From Polyangiales bacterium (GTDB lineage: Bacteria; Myxococcota_A; Polyangia; Polyangiales; JAFGIB01): a stretch of DNA of 64,000 nt. Below, in pieces: positions 36,709 to 45,091 of the stretch (the first letter of the stretch is position 1; each line of letters starts with the position of its first letter). Location of the stretch: the NCBI GenBank assembly GCA_036382515.1, contig DASVHQ010000119.1:715-64714 (forward strand). Reading direction: 5' to 3'. The translations under genes and the position numbers were made by a program. Below the pieces are notes generated by a model that saw nothing but the letters and a program-made list of their open reading frames with translations, was not told the origin of the DNA and did not search any database.

Positions 36709-39366
36709 ATGCACGACCCCAAGCTGTTGCTCGGCATCGTCCTGTTTCCGCTGGTTGGCGCGATCGTCAACGGCTTCTTCGGGCGTGGCGCTGGCCGTCA
36801 AACGGTGCACGCCGTGGCTGTCGCCTCGGTCGCCATGTCGTTCGCGTGCGCGGTCACGATGTTCCTGGAGCTGGTGCACCTGCGTCACGCCGACGAGCAC
36901 GCCTCGCTGTCGTACACAGCCTATGAGTGGTTCTCGATCAGCGTGCGCGGCCACAACGTGGGCGTGCCCGTGCGCTTCGTGATGGATGCGCTCAGCGGCG
37001 TGATGAGCCTGGTCGTCACCGGCATCGGTCTGCTCATCCACATCTACAGCACCGGTTACATGAGCGAGGAGAAGTCGTACGCGCGCTTCTTCGCGTACCT
37101 GAACCTCTTCACCGCATCAATGCTCATCCTGGTCCTCGGCTCGAGCCTGCCGCTCATGTTCGTCGGCTGGGAGGGCGTGGGCGTCTGCTCGTACCTCTTG
37201 ATCGGCTTCTGGTTCGAGACCGCGGCGTACGCGGCCGCCGGTCGCAAGGCCTTCGTCGCCAACCGCATCGGTGACTTCGGCGTGCTGATGGGCATGTTCC
37301 TGCTCGTGAGCGCGGCCGGCACCTTCGAGTTCGCCGGCATCAATCATTTCGCGCGCGACCACGCCGCGGCGCTCACCTCGGCGGTGAGCCTGGTCGGTCC
37401 CACCGGTGTGCCTTACTTCACGCTCTCGAGCATCAGCCTCGCCACGCTGGCCACGCTCTTCTTGTTCCTCGGCTGCACCGGCAAGAGCGCGCAGCTGCCG
37501 CTGTTCGTGTGGCTGCCCGACGCCATGGCTGGCCCCACGCCGGTCTCCGCGCTCATCCACGCGGCGACCATGGTGACCTCGGGCATCTACCTGGTCTGCC
37601 GCCTGTCGCCGGTGTTCGTGCTCGCGCCTCACACCATGGCCGTGATCGCCGTCACCGGCACGCTCACCGCGTTGCTCGGCGCCACCGTGGGCCTCGTGCA
37701 GAACGACATCAAGAAGATCCTGGCCTACTCCACCGTGAGTCAGCTGGGCTTCATGTTCGCCGCCGTTGGCTGCGGTGCGTTTGCCGCGGGTTTCATGCAC
37801 GTCTACACGCACGCCTTCTTCAAGGCCTGCTTGTTCCTTGGTGCCGGCTCGGTGATGCACGCCGTAGGTGCGCACGGCGATGCCGACATCCGCACGCTCG
37901 GCGGCCTGCGCAAGTACATGCCGCGGACGCGCATCACCTTCCTCGTCAGCTGCATGGCGATCGCGGGCGTGCCGCTCTTCTCGGGCTTCTTCTCGAAGGA
38001 CGAGATCCTGGTCGGTGCGCTGGCCTCGAGTGAGTACTTCACCTTCGCGCCCTGGCTCGGGCCCACGATCTTCGGTGCGCTCTTCGTCGGCGCCACGATG
38101 ACGGCGTTCTACATGTTCCGCCTGTACTTCCTCACGTTCAGTGGCGAGTACCGCGGCGGGCCGCACCACGATGATCACGGCGCACACGGTGCACACGGTG
38201 CACACGGTGCACACGACGAGCACGCGCATCACGACCCGCACGAGTCGCCGGCCGCGATGGTCGTGCCGCTGATCGTGCTCGCGATCGGTGCCTTCGGCGC
38301 CGGCTACGTCTGGGTGGGCCTGGCGCACTTCGAGCCGTGGGTGACGTGGCTCGAGCCCGCGCTCGGCTCGATCCACGTCGAGCCCGCGCACAACGTCGCA
38401 TACATCGCGACTGGCTTCGGAACCACGGCCTGCGCGCTCGGCATCTTCACGGCCTACAGCTGGTACTACAAGGGCAGCGAGCTCCCCGCGAAGCTGGCGC
38501 TGCAGTTCCCGCGCCTGCACGCGCTGCTCATGGACAAGTGGCGCGTCGACGGTCTGTACGACCACACGATCCTCGCGTTCTCGCGCTTTCTCGGCACGCT
38601 CTCGTCGAACTTCGACAAGTTCATCGTCGACGGCATCCTCACCAACCTCACCTCCGGCTTCGTGGTGCTGTGCAGCGGCCTCTTCACGCGCTTGCAGACC
38701 GGCCTCGTGCACACGTACGGTGCGGTCATGGCCGCCGGCACCTTGGCCGTCGTGTTCTTCTTCATCATGCCGCACCCGCATCCCAGCGTGGTCGGTGAGC
38801 CTGCTGGCCTCAGCGTCAACTTCGAGGCCGACAAGGGTCTGGCCTACGAGTACCGCTGGGATTTCGACGGCGACGGCAAGTACGACACCGAGTGGCAGCC
38901 CACGGCGGCGGCCTCGCACACCTACCGCGACGACGAGCTTCGCGGCGGCTTCGTGGCCTTGCTCGAAGGCGCCGACTACGGCACCAGCACCCGCAGCCAT
39001 CACCTGATGGCCGGCGAGAAGCTCGAGCTCTCGCTCTCCGACCTCGGCGAGTGGCAGGCCGACGCCAAGAACAAGCAGCCGCCCACGGTCGTGGCCGACA
39101 AAGATGGCCTCGTAGTGCATCCCAACGGCGCAGTCGTGCGCAAGGGTCAAGCGCTGCAGGCCAGCAATGCGGCCGTCCACGTCGGTCGCGGCGAGCACGT
39201 GAGCATCGGTGGGGCCCGCCTGTCGGTGGCCGGTTCAGTGCGGCCACGCCTGGCCGTGCGCAACGCCTTCGGGATGGAACGCGCGCGCTCCATGCGCCTG
39301 TCGCTACCCCTGATCGAAGATCGCTTGCACGCCGAAGTGATCATGCCCCAAGGAGCGGCGCGATGA
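36709..39366 (+). CDS. nuoL: NADH-quinone oxidoreductase subunit L with His-rich loop and a C-terminal extension of about 195 aa (PKD-like)
   Basis: Canonical NuoL blocks are WEGVGVCSYLLIGFW and SAQLPLFVWLPDAMAGPTPVSALIHAATMV. The last TM ends near aa 688. The extension then contains YRWDFDGDGKYDTEW..SHTY. The stop overlaps the nuoM ATG. Confidence 0.9.
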   Translation: MHDPKLLLGIVLFPLVGAIVNGFFGRGAGRQTVHAVAVASVAMSFACAVTMFLELVHLRHADEHASLSYTAYEWFSISVRGHNVGVPVRFVMDALSGVMSLVVTGIGLLIHIYSTGYMSEEKSYARFFAYLNLFTASMLILVLGSSLPLMFVGWEGVGVCSYLLIGFWFETAAYAAAGRKAFVANRIGDFGVLMGMFLLVSAAGTFEFAGINHFARDHAAALTSAVSLVGPTGVPYFTLSSISLATLATLFLFLGCTGKSAQLPLFVWLPDAMAGPTPVSALIHAATMVTSGIYLVCRLSPVFVLAPHTMAVIAVTGTLTALLGATVGLVQNDIKKILAYSTVSQLGFMFAAVGCGAFAAGFMHVYTHAFFKACLFLGAGSVMHAVGAHGDADIRTLGGLRKYMPRTRITFLVSCMAIAGVPLFSGFFSKDEILVGALASSEYFTFAPWLGPTIFGALFVGATMTAFYMFRLYFLTFSGEYRGGPHHDDHGAHGAHGAHGAHDEHAHHDPHESPAAMVVPLIVLAIGAFGAGYVWVGLAHFEPWVTWLEPALGSIHVEPAHNVAYIATGFGTTACALGIFTAYSWYYKGSELPAKLALQFPRLHALLMDKWRVDGLYDHTILAFSRFLGTLSSNFDKFIVDGILTNLTSGFVVLCSGLFTRLQTGLVHTYGAVMAAGTLAVVFFFIMPHPHPSVVGEPAGLSVNFEADKGLAYEYRWDFDGDGKYDTEWQPTAAASHTYRDDELRGGFVALLEGADYGTSTRSHHLMAGEKLELSLSDLGEWQADAKNKQPPTVVADKDGLVVHPNGAVVRKGQALQASNAAVHVGRGEHVSIGGARLSVAGSVRPRLAVRNAFGMERARSMRLSLPLIEDRLHAEVIMPQGAAR
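38182..38217 (+). repeat. 9-bp tandem repeat GCACACGGT x3 plus one imperfect unit, in frame (AHG repeats)
   Basis: Counted directly. It encodes part of HHDDHGAHGAHGAHGAHDEHAHHDPHE. Confidence 0.95.
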
Positions 39367-41009
39367 GCCAGCACCTGATATCGCTCTTGCTCGCCTTGCC
39401 GCTGCTCGCGGCGCTCGTGGTGCTCTTCGCGCCACGCCAGATGGTCGGCTTCATCCGTGGCTTCACGGTGCTGGCGATGCTCATCGAGTTCGTCGCCTCG
39501 CTCGGCCTGCTCGACGGCAACTACGCCAGCGCCGCGTTCCAGTTTCCCGAGCGTCACGCGCTCGTGCCCACGTACGGCATCACCTACTCGGTGGGTGTCG
39601 ACGGCATCTCGCTGTGGCTGGTGCTGCTGACCACGTTCATCACGCCGCTGGCCACCTACGCCTCGTGGACACACATCGGCATGAAGGTGAAGGAGTACGC
39701 GATCTGCTTGCTCCTGCTCGAAGGTGCCATGCTCGGCGCGTTCTTCGCGCTCGACCTCTTCATCTTCTACGTGTTCTGGGAACTCATGCTCGTGCCCATG
39801 GTGCTGATCATCGGCATCTGGGGCGGCGTGCAGCGCATCTACGCGGCGGTGAAGTTCTTTCTCTTCACCATGGTCGGCAGCGTGCTGATGCTGGTGGCCA
39901 TCTTGTACCTGGTTGCGCAGTACAAGGCGCAGACCGGCCACTACAGCTTCGAGATCTCGGAGCTGAAGCTCCTGCTCTTGCCGGTCAAGACGCAGCTGTG
40001 GTTGTTCTCGGCGTTCGCCTTGGCGTTCGCGATCAAAGTGCCGATGTTCCCGTTCCACACCTGGTTGCCCGACGCGCACGTGCAGGCGCCCACGGGTGGC
40101 TCGGTGATCCTGGCGGCCGTGCTGCTGAAGCTCGGCACCTACGGCTTCCTGCGCTTCGCCATGCCGCTGTTCCCCTCGGGCAGCCACCGCATGGGCCCGT
40201 ACATCGCGGGCCTCGCGGTCACGGGCATCATCTACGGCGCCTACTGCGCCTGGGTGCAGCAAGACGTGAAGAAGCTGGTCGCGTACTCCTCGGTCAGCCA
40301 CCTCGGGTTCGTGATGCTCGGCATCTACAGCATCACCTCGCAAGGTCTGTCTGGCTCCATCCTGCAGATGGTCAACCACGGCATCTCCACCGGCGCGCTC
40401 TTCTTGCTCGTCGGTGTGATCTACGAGCGCCGCCACACGCGCAACCTCGATGAGTTCGGCGGCCTCGCGAAGGTGATGCCCGCATACGCGGCGGTGTTCG
40501 TGATCGTCACCATGAGCTCGGTCGGTCTGCCCACCACCAACGGCTTCATCGGCGAGTTCATGATCCTCGCGGGCGCGTTCATGTCCGAGCACCTCGGCGC
40601 CAACGGCCCGGTGTGCGCGTTCTTCGCGGCGACCGGTGTGATCCTGGCCGCGGTCTACATGCTGCACGCCGTGCTCAAGATGTTCTGGGGCCCACTCACC
40701 AACCCCGAGAACGAAGGCTTGGCCGATCTCACGCGTCGCGAGGGCATCGCGCTTGCGCCGCTTCTGCTCCTCATCTTCTACATCGGCTTGTTCCCGAACC
40801 AGCTGCTGACGTCGATGAGGGCGTCGGTCGACACCTTCGCCAGCGAGTACACCGCCAAGCTCGCGGCGGGCGATCAGCATCCGACCACGCGCGACATGCT
40901 GCAGCCCGCGCAGGTGCCCGAGGACGAGCTGCCCGCAGCTCCGAAGACCGCACACCTGGACTTCGCACCGCGCCAATTGAACGCAAGAGTCGTAGGAGGC
41001 CAGCCATGA
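39363..41009 (+). CDS. nuoM: NADH-quinone oxidoreductase subunit M
   Basis: ATG at 39363 (ATGA overlap). The protein reads FYVFWELMLVPM and HTWLPDAHVQAPT. Confidence 0.95.
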   Translation: MSQHLISLLLALPLLAALVVLFAPRQMVGFIRGFTVLAMLIEFVASLGLLDGNYASAAFQFPERHALVPTYGITYSVGVDGISLWLVLLTTFITPLATYASWTHIGMKVKEYAICLLLLEGAMLGAFFALDLFIFYVFWELMLVPMVLIIGIWGGVQRIYAAVKFFLFTMVGSVLMLVAILYLVAQYKAQTGHYSFEISELKLLLLPVKTQLWLFSAFALAFAIKVPMFPFHTWLPDAHVQAPTGGSVILAAVLLKLGTYGFLRFAMPLFPSGSHRMGPYIAGLAVTGIIYGAYCAWVQQDVKKLVAYSSVSHLGFVMLGIYSITSQGLSGSILQMVNHGISTGALFLLVGVIYERRHTRNLDEFGGLAKVMPAYAAVFVIVTMSSVGLPTTNGFIGEFMILAGAFMSEHLGANGPVCAFFAATGVILAAVYMLHAVLKMFWGPLTNPENEGLADLTRREGIALAPLLLLIFYIGLFPNQLLTSMRASVDTFASEYTAKLAAGDQHPTTRDMLQPAQVPEDELPAAPKTAHLDFAPRQLNARVVGGQP

Positions 41010-42520
41010 CCGGCTCGCTGGCAACTGCCATGGCATCGTGGATTCCGCTGATGCCGCTGCTCGTGGTCGCCGTCGGCGGCTTCGCGCTGATGATCGTGGA
41101 CGCCGTTTCCACCGAGAAGGCCGAGCTCGCAACGCTCAGCTCGGTCGTGCTCTTCTCCGCGGGTGCCATTGCCGCGGTGCTTGCAAGCGGGAAGGGTCTG
41201 GCGCCGGCGCCGGCCGGTGTGGCGGGCTACCTCGCCGTCGGTCAGATGTCGCAGTTCTGGAACGCCACCATCTGCTGTGGCGCGGGCATGTCGGCGTTGC
41301 TCGCTGGCGGCTACCTGCACGAGCACGCGCTCGAGCGTGGCGAGTTCTACGCGCTGATCGTGCTCAGCGCGTTCGGCGCGATGGTGCTGGCCGCGGCCAC
41401 GGATCTCTTGTCGATCTTCATCGGCCTCGAGACCATGTCGCTCGGCGTCTACAGCATGGTCGCCTACCGCCGGGGTAGCCCGCGCGCCGCTGAGGGCGGC
41501 CTCAAGTACTTTCTGCTCGGTTCGTTCGCGGCTGCCATCTTCTTGTTCGGTGCCGCGTTGATCTACGGCGCCACGGGGCACACCGATCTCGCAGGCATCG
41601 GCCAGAGCATCCACGACGGTCACGCCAACGTGCGCCTGGTGGTGCTCGGCATGCTCATGCTGCTGGTCGGTCTCACGTTCAAGGTCAGCGCGGTGCCGTT
41701 CCACATGTGGACGCCTGACGCCTACGAGGGTGCGGTCACGCCCGCCACCACGTTCATGTCGGTGGTCGTGAAGACCGCCGCGTTCGCCGTGCTGATGCGC
41801 GTGGTGCTCACCTGCTTTTCCGACGAGCTGTCCGCGAACTTGGGCACCGGCTGGCCTGGCGTGCTCGCGCCGATGGCGGCGGTGACCATGGTCTACGGCA
41901 ACTTCGCTGCGTCGCAGCAAGCCAACGTCAAGCGCATGCTGGCGTACTCGTCGATCGCCCACGCCGGCTACATCCTGGTCGGCGTCGTCACGCTCTACTC
42001 GGCCGACGCGCAAGTGCGGCAGACCGCCGTCAGCGGCGTGATGTTCTACCTGCTCGCCTACACGGTCTCGAACGTGCTCGCGTTCGGCTCGCTGATCGCG
42101 CTGGGCTCCTACGGCAAGGAAGCCGTGACCTACGAAGACCTGGCCGGTGCTGGTCGTCGGCATCCGCTCGCCGCGTTGCCGTTCGTGCTGGGCGTGCTCT
42201 CGCTGATGGGCTTCCCGCCGACCGCGGGATTCCTGGGCAAGTGGTACGTGTTCAGCGCAGCGCTCTCGTCCGGCGATTCGCTCTTGTGGCTGGTCATCGT
42301 CGGAGTGCTCTCGAGCGTCGTGGGCGCGTACTACTACCTGCGCGTGATCGTGTTCCTGTTCATGAAGTCGCCCGAGCCGGGTGCTGCCGTCGCCGTGCCG
42401 ATGCGTTCCGGTTACGTGGCGCTGGCGCTCGTGCTCTCCGGCTACTTCGTGCTGAAGATGGGCGTCACGCCCGCGCACTACATCGACCTGGCACTCTCCG
42501 CCGCGAGCAAGCTCGGCTAG
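41006..42520 (+). CDS. nuoN: NADH-quinone oxidoreductase subunit N
   Basis: ATG at 41006 (ATGA overlap, AGGAGG upstream). The protein reads FKVSAVPFHMWTPDAYEG and MLAYSSIAHAGY. Confidence 0.95.
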   Translation: MTGSLATAMASWIPLMPLLVVAVGGFALMIVDAVSTEKAELATLSSVVLFSAGAIAAVLASGKGLAPAPAGVAGYLAVGQMSQFWNATICCGAGMSALLAGGYLHEHALERGEFYALIVLSAFGAMVLAAATDLLSIFIGLETMSLGVYSMVAYRRGSPRAAEGGLKYFLLGSFAAAIFLFGAALIYGATGHTDLAGIGQSIHDGHANVRLVVLGMLMLLVGLTFKVSAVPFHMWTPDAYEGAVTPATTFMSVVVKTAAFAVLMRVVLTCFSDELSANLGTGWPGVLAPMAAVTMVYGNFAASQQANVKRMLAYSSIAHAGYILVGVVTLYSADAQVRQTAVSGVMFYLLAYTVSNVLAFGSLIALGSYGKEAVTYEDLAGAGRRHPLAALPFVLGVLSLMGFPPTAGFLGKWYVFSAALSSGDSLLWLVIVGVLSSVVGAYYYLRVIVFLFMKSPEPGAAVAVPMRSGYVALALVLSGYFVLKMGVTPAHYIDLALSAASKLG

Positions 42521-43384
42521 ATGCGGACACGCGGCAACGTTGCGGCGCGCCACGCGCTCGGGGTCTGCATGGTGCTTGCGCTGGCCGGTGGCCACGGCTG
42601 CGAGCACCACGACTACTCCAAGGAGAAGGGGCCAAGCTTCGCGAGCCCATCGGCTGCGCCGCCAGCAGCTGCAGCCCCAGCCAAGGCGGTGCTAACCGGC
42701 TTCGTGCGCCTCGCCGACGGCGCCACGCTGCCCTCGTATCCGGCCGAGGCGATGGAGCGCGTCGTCACGACGCATGGTGATCCGGTCACGTTCCCTCCGA
42801 TCTGCACGCCGCCCAAGAAGACCGACCGCATGCCCGTGCGCCTCACGCCCGACGGCAAGCTGATCGGCGTGATGATCGCCGCCAGCGAGTTCAAGCGTTC
42901 GCCCGAGCGCGCGGCGAAGACCTACGACGTGGTGATCAAGGATTGTCGGCTCACGCCGAGCCTGGTCGTCGCCATGAAGGGCGACAGCCTGAGCATCAAG
43001 AACCAGGTCAACTTCCCCCTGATGCCCGAGCTCGGTGCGGTGACGCTGAGCAAGACGCTGATGCCCGGCCAGGACAAGGAAGTGAAGCTCTCCGAGGCGG
43101 GCGTCAAGCCCGTGCTGTGTGGCTTCATCGCGCCTTGTGGTCGCACCGACGTGGTGGTGCTCAACCACCCCGTGTACGCCGTGACCGGGGAAGACGGCAG
43201 CTTTCGCATCGACGACTTCCCCGCGGACGAGAACGTGAAGATCGATGCCTGGCATCCGCTGTTCAACTCGCAAGAGCTTTCTCTGCGCGTGGAGCGCGGT
43301 CAGACCAAGAGCGTCGAGCTGACGATCGCTCCGCTCGGTCAGCCCGCGCCGAGCGCGCCTGCTGCGACGCCGACACAGAAGTAA
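42521..43384 (+). CDS. Lipoprotein immediately coupled to nuoN; CarboxypepD_reg-like C-terminal region
   Basis: The ATG directly abuts the nuoN TAG. The signal/lipobox is VCMVLALAGGHGC. The C-terminal block VYAVTGEDGSFRIDDFPADENVKIDAWHP resembles a carboxypeptidase-regulatory-like fold. Confidence 0.7.
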   Translation: MRTRGNVAARHALGVCMVLALAGGHGCEHHDYSKEKGPSFASPSAAPPAAAAPAKAVLTGFVRLADGATLPSYPAEAMERVVTTHGDPVTFPPICTPPKKTDRMPVRLTPDGKLIGVMIAASEFKRSPERAAKTYDVVIKDCRLTPSLVVAMKGDSLSIKNQVNFPLMPELGAVTLSKTLMPGQDKEVKLSEAGVKPVLCGFIAPCGRTDVVVLNHPVYAVTGEDGSFRIDDFPADENVKIDAWHPLFNSQELSLRVERGQTKSVELTIAPLGQPAPSAPAATPTQK

Positions 43385-43414
43385 CCCGGTCGAACGCATT
43401 CGCACCCGGTGCGA

Positions 43415-43426
43415 TGTGTGTGTGTG
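43415..43426. repeat. (TG)6 dinucleotide repeat in convergent intergenic region
   Basis: Counted directly. Confidence 0.9.
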
Positions 43427-43511
43427 TCGAGCCCAGCTCCGGGGCCGCGCGGGCCAATCGCGTGCGGGGCGCGGCCGGCGAATCGGTGTCCGCATCCTGC
43501 CACGCGCCGGG

Positions 43512-44567
43512 TCAGTCCAGTGCCCAGAAGCGGGCGATCAAGCGACAGCGGCCGTCACAGCGCGCCTTGCGTAGCAACGAGGTCACGTGATGCTCTATGT
43601 TCGCCTCGCTGCAGGCCAGCTTCACCGCGATCTCTTTGTTGGCATCGCCCGCGGCGAGGTGGCGCAGCACATCGCGCTCGCGGCGGGTCGGTTTCCAGTG
43701 TGCTGCTGCTCGCTGCAATCGGAGCTCGAGGCCGTCGGCCTGGTCGCGCAGCACGATCACGAAGAGCTCTGGCAAGCCGGGGGCGGCCACGGGGGTGCTG
43801 ATGCTCGGGCCGTGCGTGCCGTCGATCGCAGACAGCAGGCGCGCCGTAAGCCCGTGCGGGTCCTGATCGAAGAGCGTGCGTCCGGCCACGTTTGCGTGGG
43901 CGATGCGGCCGGTTGGACGCGCGACGAACGCAGGTGCCCCGAGCAAGTCGAGCGCCGCCGGCAGGCCCAGGCGAGCCGCATTGGTGTCGAGCAGCATGCG
44001 CTGTACGCTAAGCCTGCGCTGCAGGGCGGGCACGAGCGCGGCGAGCAGAGCTTTCTCCCGTTCCTCGAACGGAGTCTGCCGGAAACCGCCGACCCAGGCG
44101 AGCAGTATGGGCCCGTCACAGATCAGCACGCGTAGCTGGTCGTGATCGGGCACGCCGCACTGCGCCAAGGTTTCTTCCACGCTGCAGCGCGTGCCGGCCG
44201 CGTGGCTGTGCAGCTCTGCAAGCCGGTAGACCTGGTTTCGTTGGGCCGGCTCGGGTTGCAGCAGATTGTAGTGGAAGGGGTAGTGGCCCTGCCGCAGGGC
44301 GGCGTCGTAGGCGCGGACGAAGTCGGCGTCGGTGGAGCTCGCTTCGCCCACGCTCCAGCTGTCATGACCGACACGCAGCGGTCGGCAGATCGTCAGGTGG
44401 GTGCACTCGAGCAGCTGCTGCAGGGCCGGGGCGAGCCACGCTGGGGCCGGCTCCGGCGTGAGCGCCGCTGCGTCCACAGTTGTCAGGCGTGCTTCGAGCT
44501 GCTCGAGCTGTCGCTGGTCGCGACGGCCGAGTGGTTGCAGGGCGGGGATTGGTCGCTTCGTCGCCAC
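43512..44567 (-). CDS. LuxR-family transcriptional regulator (C-terminal HTH), novel N-terminal domain
   Basis: The C-terminus reads RERDVLRHLAAGDANKEIAVKLACSEANIEHHVTSLLRK. Confidence 0.8.
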   Translation of the reverse strand: MATKRPIPALQPLGRRDQRQLEQLEARLTTVDAAALTPEPAPAWLAPALQQLLECTHLTICRPLRVGHDSWSVGEASSTDADFVRAYDAALRQGHYPFHYNLLQPEPAQRNQVYRLAELHSHAAGTRCSVEETLAQCGVPDHDQLRVLICDGPILLAWVGGFRQTPFEEREKALLAALVPALQRRLSVQRMLLDTNAARLGLPAALDLLGAPAFVARPTGRIAHANVAGRTLFDQDPHGLTARLLSAIDGTHGPSISTPVAAPGLPELFVIVLRDQADGLELRLQRAAAHWKPTRRERDVLRHLAAGDANKEIAVKLACSEANIEHHVTSLLRKARCDGRCRLIARFWALD

Positions 44568-44721
44568 GGCACCTCGGGCTAACCCTAGTAGCGTTCTTGG
44601 TCAGTCACAAGTAGGACAAGCCGGCGTCTAGAGAGTGGCCATCGGCACACGGCGAGGCTGGCTGCGCATCCAGCACCCGCCGCCGACGGCTGCGGTCATC
44701 GGGCGTCCGGGGGATTCGGAG

Positions 44722-45054
44722 ATGATCTGGGGGAGCGTGGTTTCGGCGTTGTTTCGGCACGTGGGCGTCGACGCCTGCCGCCGTTGGCTGCCCGCGACCG
44801 GCTGGCGCCACGCTCAGCCCTGGCCGCTGCTGGCGCAGCGCGGCTCACGGCTGCTCGTCGTCCTGGCGTGTGTCCTGCCCGCACTGCCCTTCTCCGGCTG
44901 CCACCGAGATGGCCCGTGCGCCCGGCGTCGCGCCGAGTTCAGGTCCCAGTGTCAGAGTTGGTGTCCGGTCGAGCTGCGCGGGTCGGCCGAGGAATGCGCC
45001 GTCAGCTGCGAGCGCATGGCTCGAGACTCGGTCAGCTGCCTCAAACGGATGTGA
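44722..45054 (+). CDS. Possible small Cys-rich (lipo)protein
   Basis: The ORF contains LLVVLACVLPALPFSGC followed by a 7-Cys region. Start and reality are both uncertain. Confidence 0.3.
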   Translation: MIWGSVVSALFRHVGVDACRRWLPATGWRHAQPWPLLAQRGSRLLVVLACVLPALPFSGCHRDGPCARRRAEFRSQCQSWCPVELRGSAEECAVSCERMARDSVSCLKRM

Positions 45055-45069
45055 TGCGATGTTGCGCGA

Positions 45070-45086
45070 CGTGACGCAACGTCACG
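45070..45086. terminator. Hairpin CGTGACG-CAA-CGTCACG between convergent genes
   Basis: Perfect 7-bp stem, seen directly. A further CGTCACG copy at 45090-45096 could pair alternatively. Confidence 0.3.
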
Positions 45087-45091
45087 CGGCG

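Noticed and set aside
43415-43426. (TG)6 microsatellite
   Set aside because: It is real but short. It lies in a convergent intergenic region with no obvious promoter or ORF to affect. It is listed as a feature only.
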